DNA of 64,000 bases from Octopus vulgaris. Its lineage: Eukaryota. The stretch's first letter is position 1, and every line of letters begins with the position of its first letter. The stretch covers positions 8,680,001-8,744,000 of the forward strand of contig OX597835.1 in NCBI GenBank assembly GCA_951406725.2, read 5' to 3'. A program made the position numbers and the translations under genes. Positions 55,038-64,000 of the stretch are shown one piece after another. Under the pieces are notes generated by a model. That model saw only the letters and a program-made list of their open reading frames with translations, was not told where the DNA came from and ran no database searches.

Positions 55038-55708
55038 TATTAGACGGCTATTCTACACAAATCAGCTTGTCAATTCGTAACGTATTCTTTTCTATATTTA
55101 TGGCCATTAGCAATTTTTGTAACCAGTCTTTTCCATCCACCTCTGTCTCGAATTTAATCATGACCTGCGTCGCGTTGAATCATTTTCAATATTGTCTAAT
55201 TATTCAATTATGTTTTGCTGATATCCGTTAACCTAATGATATCCATTTCGTCACAATGATACGATTGACAATTGCTCTCAGGCAACATCTCCTTATTTGG
55301 CTGGTTTTACTTCTAATTTTGAGGAGTATCTGAAACACACACCTCACTAGGCATACGAACCAGGTCAAACCGTTTCAGTCTGAAGCAGGCATATAGTGAC
55401 CTGAAGTAAATCTCTCCCAGCCTCTGATGGAAATTATACTTATCGGACAATAACGCTACAAGATTGGATGTAGGCACTTAACAAATTACAAAATAAGTTA
55501 CTCGGTTTGGTAAAGAAAAATCGATAACGAAATTAGTGTTCTTATTTTTAATGGAATTAACATTAAACATTCAATTAGTAAAATTAGAATTATATCGCGA
55601 GAAATAGAAGTCAAATCAATAATTAATATGGAACCATTTCGGGAAGTACGGAAGGAAATTTTAGACAATTTTAGTTCTTATCAGACTTTCTATGAGGAAA
55701 CAAATACC

Positions 55709-55936
55709 AATTTCTTTATTACCCACAAGGGGCTAAACATAGAGGGGACAAACAAGGACAGACATAGGTATTAAGTCGATTACATCCACCCCAGTGCGTA
55801 ACTGGTACTTAATTTATCGACCTCGATAGGATGAAAGGCAAAGTCGACCTCGGCGGAATTTGAACTCACAACGTAACGGCAGACGAAATACCACTAAGCA
55901 TCTCGCCTGGCGTGCTAACGTTTCTGCCAGCTCGCC
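55709..55936 (-). mobile_element. SINE family C with 16-bp TSD
   Basis: TSD TGAGGAAACAAATACC at 55693-55708 and 55937-55952. Confidence 0.92.
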
Positions 55937-56837
55937 TGAGGAAACAAATACCGATTTGTTGGCTGAAAGGGTGGTGAGACTTTCATCAGGTAAAACTAAA
56001 AGGTATCGTCCACTAGCGGTTGTAAAACTTCGACATGTTTAAACACACCAGTCGCAGATAAATTCTACAAGGAAAACAACAAGTAACTTAGGGTTAACAT
56101 AGACATGATTTTCCGAGGTTTTGTAATAAACGTGAAACATAAAAGAATGTTCTTTCCTTCTTTTAGCAACAGAGAAAATAAAAAGTACTGAATATATTGA
56201 TTATTGGAAAAAAATTTTCACTCTTCGAGCCGACACTCTTTTGCAGAGAGAGATGAGAGAGAACCATTGAAGTGAGAGAGAGAGAAAATATGGAAAGATA
56301 AAGCAACGTCCTGGGATAAAGGGCTTCAGATGTTGAGAAGAACGAAAGAAATCGTTCGATAAAGGGGGAAATATGAGTGATCCGGCTGAAACTGGGAAGC
56401 GCACGTGCGTCGGTGTGTGAGAATGGCGTGAGTGAGCATATATGTGTGGGATGAGGGGGACAAGCGACTGTGCCTGTATGAGGTGGGTGAGCTTCAAATT
56501 ATGTGACCCTGTGCGTGCGGATAGAAGCATGTGTGTGTATATGTATAAAGAAAAAAAAATTCCATGCACTGTGTGAGGGATGGGTGTTCTGTATATTTAT
56601 ATCTGCAGATAGATAGTCAGATAGATAGACGGATAGATAGATAGATAGATAGATATATTTATATCTATCCATCCATCCATCCATCCATCCATCCATCCAT
56701 CCATACATGCTTACATACATACATACATACAAACATACATACATACATACATATATACATACATACATACATACATACATACATACATACATACATACAT
56801 ACATACATACATACATACATACATGCATGTATGCATT

Positions 56838-57151
56838 CATTAACGTGCAAGGGGCTGAGCACTCCACAAACACGTGTAACCTTAACGTGGTTCTCGGGGA
56901 GAATCAGCGTGACACAGGATGTGACAAGCCTGGCCCTTTGAAATGCAGGTACAACAGAAACAGGAAGAATGAGTGAGAGAAAGGTGTGGTGAAAGAGTAC
57001 ATCAGGGTTCACCACCACCCCATGCCGGAGGTCGTGGAGCTTTTAACTGTTTCTGCTCAATAAACACTCACAATGCCCTTTCTGGGAATCGAAACCGCGA
57101 TCCTAAGACCACGTGTCCACTGCCCTAACTACTGGGCCATTGCGCCTCCAC
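56838..57151 (-). mobile_element. SINE family B, diverged, 3'-truncated
   Basis: Reverse-complement match to 29577-29880. Confidence 0.88.
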
Positions 57152-57193
57152 AAACACACACATACACACAATATATATATATATATACATATA

Positions 57194-57251
<58 letters not shown>

Positions 57252-57370
57252 ATCAAAAAAGGGGGTAGAATTAATTAATTGTTAATAAATTCGACCAAGC
57301 AGTATTATATATATTTATATATTTATAAAATATAAAGTAAAAAAATGAATTTTTACTTTACCATATTTTT

Positions 57371-57466
<96 letters not shown>

Positions 57467-58407
57467 AACAGACAGACAGATAGATAGATATGTATAAATG
57501 TATATGTATATGCATATATGTGTATGCATGTATGTATGTAGGTATATGAACTCATGTATACACACATAGGTAGGCCAACATACACGTTCGTTTATACACA
57601 GACGTGTTTAAGTGCATAAGAATTATGTATATATGTATTAATGCGTGGATATATGTGTGTACGTACGTATTAATGCGTGGATATATGTGTGTACGTATGT
57701 ATGCTTGTGTGTATATATGTATCTATGTATGTATGTATGTATGACCACAACTGAGCGACTATATATATCCGCGGCACACACGTACACCACACCGATATAT
57801 GTTTATTCAGCTCTCATCACAAGCCATGCTTATCGCCCTGCAAACACAGCTGCCGCCATTTTAGTGTTTGTCTTAAATCTTTTAGCTTCTTTTGTAAATA
57901 TCGGAAATTACAGTTGGAACAATATTTAAAAGAACCTGTTTCTCTTTTAGATATGCTCCTTGTCTTTTATAAAATCATTACAGATATACCTCTTTATATA
58001 CTGGTCTATATATTCATCCTGTTTTAAATAGGTTTATACAATTTTGTTTCACTCTTGTCTTTGAATATCTATTTTATGTTATTTATTCTTTTCATTCTAA
58101 TTCTACACTCATCGATCTTTCTACCATGCTGCCTGCTTTCTTTCATTCCACCATATTGTCGGTTGCGCTAATTCTTAAACTTTTTCTTTAACTCTCTGAT
58201 TTTTCGGCGTTAGTTTTTCGTTTTCTGTATTCTGCTATTTTGTCTGTCCTAGAAATTTTAGCAAAACATCAGTTAGCCACAATAAATTACTCATGCAACA
58301 AATATTATAATAAGGACCTCGTCTCAAATGACAATGCTTACACCTGATGTCTGAGGGACAATAAGCGTGAACGCAGGGATATAATGTCACTCTTCATAAA
58401 ATCGCGG

Positions 58408-58790
58408 TAGTTAGTTAGTTAGTTAGTTAGTTAGTTAATCTGGCTCAAAAGCAAATAGCAAGGCCATGTAGGGGGACATGGAGTTAAGTACATGTAAAGA
58501 GTTCAGGCCACTTGAGGTCAAGAGAGGCTTTGAACAAAGCGGTCGTCGGCATCTTTACCATCTCGTCTGGCAGCTTGTTCCACGGATCCGCAACCCGGAC
58601 GGAGAAAGCTCCTCTCCTTCGATTAAGATGAAATCGTCGCAGGTAGAGCTTTTCGGAATGACACCGCAGCCGACGCTCTGGAGCAGGGGTGAAGAACAGC
58701 TCTTTCGAGAGGTTACACTTTCCGCTTATGATGCTGTGGGCGAGAATGAGATCACCACGGCGGCGGCGTTTTTCTAGAGAATAAAGGTCG
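58408..58790 (-). mobile_element. CR1-clade LINE 3' end with (TAAC)n tail
   Basis: SLEKRRRRGDLI...FSVRVADPWNKLP...FKASLD, typical CR1 ORF2 C-terminus. Confidence 0.9.
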
Positions 58791-59048
58791 GTACTTTTTG
58801 TTGCTGCGATATAGCTAATAAATTCTATGGGCAAACTGAAATATTACCCAAATGAGCAAGAACATGCAGAAAGGCAAGTCAGCTAGCAAGTGAAGTTTTC
58901 GTTTGTTTGCATATTTTATTCCTGCCTTCGTTCTTTTAATGAATCTATTTTACCCTTCTTCGCGTGCGGGTGTTGTGCACGCATCTGTGAATGCGCACAG
59001 TCACACATTCACGCACACGTGCACAGATATACACAAATATATTACAAA

Positions 59049-59327
59049 CATGATGGCTGTCCCCTCGTTATCGAGTATGGCCATTGCACGAAGCTTAACT
59101 GTTATTGGTGCTGTGATCGAATGTGACTTTTTTAGCCCAGCGAAAAATCTACAAAGTCTCGTACAGAATTGGCAGCTAAAACCTTTACCGGTAATAGCCG
59201 GCTGTATTAGTAACTGGGCTTCATGTACTTTTGCATATCGTTTAGTTCCTCCTGCCGAATTACACTCTCTTCCACATGCCTGACAGATATTATTAGTATT
59301 GTGTGTAACGCCACCACTAGTGGCCAG
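59049..59327 (-). mobile_element. LINE 3' end (probably RTE-type) with two C2H2-like motifs and ~18-bp TSD
   Basis: CQACGREC..VH and FSCQFCTRLC..SH; TSD ACACA(A/G)ATATATTACAAA at ~59031 and ~59328. Confidence 0.65.
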
Positions 59328-59508
59328 ACACAGATATATTACAAATATACATACATACATACATAAATTGGGATTATATGAGGCAATCGTTTCACTATCC
59401 ATAATGTCTCTACCTGATTAATTCAGATTGCAGAAGTATTTTCTCCGAACCCCCACTCAATATAACGTTTAAACCTATTTACCCGATTAGATATATCAGA
59501 CGTGTAAG

Positions 59509-59735
59509 GGGGCGCATGGCTCAGGAGTTAGAGCGTCGTTCTCACAGTTATGAGGTAGTGAGTTCGATTCTTTGACAGAACTGTGAGTTGAGTCCTTGAG
59601 CAAGACACTTTATTTCACGATGCTCCAGGTGACTCACCTGTAGAAATAAGCTGCGACGCCACTGCTGCCGAGCTGTACCAGCTTTTGCCTTCCTTTGGAC
59701 AATATCGGTGGCGTGGAGAGGAAAGGCTGGTACCT
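59509..59735 (+). mobile_element. Old tRNA-derived SINE (fourth family)
   Basis: GGCGCATGGCTCAG..GAGTTCGATTC A/B boxes, then GTCCTTGAGCAAGACACTTT; similar head at ~31515-31595. Confidence 0.7.
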
Positions 59736-60802
59736 CTTTGGGGGGCAACGTCTTAAGAGCAATGACATGGTCTATATCAGACACTGCAAACCGATGTACA
59801 GTCTCTGAGGTCTTTAAACTAGAATCACCTGGATGTGAAGTAAATTTCTAAATCACATACACTTGCCGGAAGAAAAAGAAGCGCCGAAGAAAATTCATTT
59901 ATTTCGCAAACAAAATGGAGAACAAAGAATCTTGCTTAATTAACCTCGGAGTGCTTTGACATGATTAGGTGTCTCTAATAAGTCAGGATCATTGTTTTGT
60001 CAGCAACATAGCTCTTACGAAATGAACTCTCTAACTCTCGTCATATTCAATCTATCAAATGAAAGCGTTAAATAGTTTATTCATTTTATCTTCTCCGCTA
60101 GTATTTGTTTTTTCTGTTTTGTTACTGTTTTTGTTCTTAGTGATATTGTTTATTGTTTTGTTATCATTGTTGTTGCTGATTATGTTGTTGTTTTGTGGCG
60201 TCTTGTCATATTAGTCGCCGTTCGTCTTGCTGTTTATGCGAGAAGAAATCTATTTCAATAAAAAGAAAGCAAATTTAATTAGTAAGGAGGAAGAAGATTA
60301 AATATTTGAACCTAATAAACAACACAAATAACAAAGACAAAATGCAAACACTTTACAAAATCACAAACATGAACCGAGATGAAAGAGGAAGAAGCAAGGA
60401 ATCAAATATGAGAAAAGTGTGCGACAGCGGCCTAAAATAGCCCAGAGAGACAATGGAGAAAATTTTATAAGGAAAAAAAGAAACTATATAATGTAAACGA
60501 GATAAGAATGGAGGGAAAGAAACAGGAGGCAGAAAAAATAGTACTAGTAGTAGAGGTAATAGTAGTTTCGAAAGAGTGCAATGAGAAAGCAGTTGAGAAA
60601 TAAATCCAAAAAAGCAATGAATAGTATTAAATGGAAGAAAAGCAGGATATAAAGTAAAATTTAAAATAGAAGGAAAAGGTACTTTAAAATTGTTTCGTTT
60701 TCCGGGTGAAGTGACCCTGGTTAATGCCACAAATATTTGTGAAAAAACATTTGAGCGTCGTAGGAAGAGGGTCATTACTTTGCGAAAATAAAGTGTGACA
60801 TA

Positions 60803-61224
60803 GGTGCAGGAGTGGCTGTGTGGTAAGTAGCTTGCTAACCAACCACATGGTTCCAGGTTCAGTCCTACTGCGTGGCACCTTGGGCAAGTGTCTTCTGCTA
60901 TAGCCCCGGGCCGACCAATGCCTTGTGAGTGGATTTGGTAGACGGAAACTGAAAGAAGCCTATCGTATAAATGTGTATATATATATATATGTATGTGTGT
61001 GTGTTTGTGTGTCTGTGTTTGTTCCCCTAGCATTGCTTGACAACTGATGGTGGTGTGTTTACGTCCCCGTCACTTGGCGGTTCGGCAAAAAGAGACCGAT
61101 AGAATAAGTGCTGGGCTTACAAAAAGAATAAGTCCCGGGGTCGAGTTGCTCGACTAAAGGCGGTGCTTCAGCATGGCCGCAGTCAAATGACTGAAACAAG
61201 TAAAAGAGTATAAGAGTAAGAGTA
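60803..61224 (+). mobile_element. SINE family A, full length
   Basis: Near-identical to 4879-5297. Confidence 0.9.
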
Positions 61225-61864
61225 TATTGTCTCAGCTGATACATCATTCTAACAACTTTGGTATATGAAAGTAAAGTTAGGAGGGCACACTATGTCGTCC
61301 CGGAGACTTCTTTCTCACGCAGGTCTTCACTACATCCCGGCTGTTAACGGCATTTCGCAGAACTCCGCATCCCTGGCTAAGGGGCGCGGCATGCCATTGA
61401 AATAGGGGACGAAATCGATCACCGACCCAGAACCACCGTGCGCCCCAAACAGTTTGCGCGAATTACCGCTGAATTCCACACACATCTGCTTGGACTCGGT
61501 TCTCAAACGCCCGTCAAAGAACCCATCAAAGACCGAATTGTTGCTTTGTTTCCACAAAGCACCTCTACCACTCGGGCCCATCGAACGGCTTTCGTTCCCA
61601 CCGGTAAAATTCCCCACTTATTTCCTTTTTTATTTTTCTAAAATTTTCGTTGCGTCTTGCAATCTTTTTCAATAGTTTTTTGACAGAATCAAAACTATTT
61701 TAGAAAAATAAAGAAGGAAATAAGTGGAAATTACACTGGTGAGTGCGTTAAATAATAAGGGTAATAAAAGAGAATGACTCTCCACAGACACAGCAATATA
61801 TTCTTCAACACACGGACTCACATAAAGAAGCTTGCAAACCTAATCCAAAAACGAAATAATGATA

Positions 61865-62255
61865 CCTGAGTAAGTATAAAGATCTTGAAATCGAAACCGG
61901 CAAAATGTCGAACCTCAAGACTAAAACAATACCTGTGTTCATAGGTGCCCAATGAATGATAGAAAAAGGGTCTGATTGCTGCATAACTCAGATACCAGCA
62001 AACCCCCGAAAGCATCAGAAATTCAGAGGATAGTGTTCGTAGGAACTGCCCAAATCATATACAAAATACTGTCTATGCAATATCAAATTTTGAAACAAAC
62101 TCATAATTTTCTTGTACAGAACCAAATATATGACACCCTCCGAATAACACAAGCATGAACTTCTAAATTGTTGTATATTGAGGTCTCTGAGTGAGACTTG
62201 AGCCAACTTGCACAAATACAAAGCAAAAGTCAATAATAATAAGATTAATAATAAT
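61865..62255 (+). mobile_element. R4/Dong-like RLE non-LTR retrotransposon 3' end with TAA-rich tail
   Basis: LSKYKDLEIE..KTIPVFIGA..EIQRIVFVGTAQII.KILS resembles the R4-clade C-terminus; ends in AATAATAATAA. Confidence 0.75.
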
Positions 62256-62261
62256 ACGCTC

Positions 62262-62552
62262 TGATGCCAGGCAGTGGCTATCATGGCTTTTGATCTTAAC
62301 TGATTGGAATTATTATCATGTACATGATTTGTCTTGGTATAAAAGATGGGCTACAGCAAATATTCTGCTGAATACAAGATTTAATTGTTAGTTACTTGAC
62401 CTTAACTAGTTGAGCACGTCCTGAAATGGCTGACGATATGTGCATCTCTGATCTCGAGCAGTACTACTTGGCGTGCATCATAGCCATATTTGAATAATTC
62501 CTCTCTCGAAAGATGGGTACTTCATCCTTAAACAAAGCATATTCAGGCACGT
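62262..62552 (-). mobile_element. Diverged partial copy of family D
   Basis: Reverse-complement match to ~52290-52612. Confidence 0.8.
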
Positions 62553-62748
62553 TTTGACTGCGGCTATGCTGGAGGTCTGCCTTTAGTCGAGGAAATCGAC
62601 CCCACGACTTATTCTTTGTGAGCCTAGTACATATTCTATCGGTTCTTTTGCCGAACCGCTAAGTTACGGAGACGTAAACACACCAGCATCGGTTGTCATG
62701 CGATGTTGGGGGGGGGGGGGGTACAGACACACAAAAACACACACACAG

Positions 62749-62785
<37 letters not shown>

Positions 62786-62997
62786 AGGTTCAGCAAAATT
62801 TAGATTCAGATGAATCTAAATTTATATATATATATATACGACGGGTTTCTTTCAGTTTCCGTCTACCAAATCCACTCACAAGGCTTTGGTCGGCTCGAGA
62901 CTATAGTAGAAGACTCTTGGTCAAAGTGCCACGCAGTGGGACTGAACCCGGAACCATGTGGTTAGTAAGCAAGCTACTTACCACATGGCCACTCCTG
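62553..62997 (-). mobile_element. SINE family A, diverged
   Basis: Reverse-complement match to family A. Confidence 0.88.
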
Positions 62998-63214
62998 CTG
63001 TGAAAAATGTATTTTGCCGCAAGGTCAAAAGTGCAGCAAATACACCTCCTTTTATCCCATCCCCCATTATGTGTGTGTGTGTATGTGTGTATATACGTGT
63101 GTGTGTGTGTGTGTGCGCGTGCGTGCTCTTCTTTACCTATATATTTTCATGTGAACGATATTTTGAAAACCAAGTGTTTAGTATTATTTATTAGTGCACG
63201 TGTATGTAACTTAA

Positions 63215-63710
63215 TGCCTGTAATGACATGCATAAGATCTGGTCATCAAATCTAAGTAGAGACTTCAAACTTGAAATATTCAAAGCCACAGTCGAAACAA
63301 TTCTACTATATGGCTCAGAAACCTGGACGTTATCAAAGAAGCTTGAGAGGCGGTTGGATGGAACCTACACTCGCCTCCTTATGAGAGCTCAAAATCTCTC
63401 GAGGGAGGACTAACCAAAATGCAAATATATGGGACACTACCACCTGTGTCATCCCTTGTGAAAGGTAGGAGAGTCCACTTTGCTGGACATTGTTGTAGAG
63501 TTGAAAAAGAAGTAATTTCTACTCTTTTCCTCTGGAAGCCATCTACTCGCAATACCAGAGGGCGCACACTCTCCTACCCTGATGTAATCTCCAGGGATAC
63601 AGGCATCCAGCAACAGGACCTCCGTAATGCTATGATGGACAGTGAAGTCTGGCGTAACATAGTAAATTCCATTGTCTCGACCACGGTCGAACAATGATGA
63701 TGATGATGAT
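63215..63710 (+). mobile_element. RTE-group LINE 3' end with (GAT)n tail
   Basis: KIWSS..KLEIFKATVETILLYGSETWTL..RLDG and FAGHCCR..WRNIV; frameshifted. Confidence 0.9.
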
Positions 63711-63898
63711 GTATGTAACTTACAGACTAAATACAATTTACGATAAAAAGTGTGCAGTTTTATTTTGATTAAAGCACCTGTGTTTTTGGAGAGAAACCTA
63801 TGGATGCTTTTCGCCTGCCTTCAACATTTTTGACTGTGTGACTCACCACGTTTGTTGTTTTCTTCTTCTCTCCCCAATACGATCGATGAGACACATAT

Positions 63899-64000
63899 TG
63901 GAAGCACTCCGTCGGTTACGACGACGACGAGGGTTCCGGTTGATCCGAATCAACGGAACAGCCGGCTCGTGAAATTAACGTGTAAGTGGCTGAGCACTCC
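63899..64000 (-). mobile_element. SINE family B 3' end, cut by window edge
   Basis: Reverse complement of ~29850-29948. Confidence 0.9.

Overview
This is repeat-dense, AT-rich animal genomic DNA with no recognisable intact host protein-coding exon. The SINE families and microsatellite load suggest an octopus or other coleoid cephalopod (inference from recall, not a search). Most ORFs in the supplied track are microsatellite or SINE artefacts. The window holds many copies of at least four SINE families, decayed mariner (DD34D) and maT (DD37D) transposons, 3' ends of CR1-, RTE- and R4/Dong-type LINEs, and a ~545-bp element embedded in (TAA)n. The strongest signal is a set of short, mostly (TA)n-embedded, often fold-back elements from several unrelated families, carrying about ten readable type I hammerhead ribozyme motifs (canonical and variant cores). 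These are best explained as Penelope-like element (PLE) termini or non-autonomous derivatives. They include a perfect 138-bp palindrome with a hammerhead on each strand (22710-22847) and a shared asymmetric geometry. A weaker lead is a microsatellite-free block (11.2-13.0 kb) with a decayed minus-strand frame faintly resembling a small-DNA-virus SF3 replication protein. All motif calls were made by eye.
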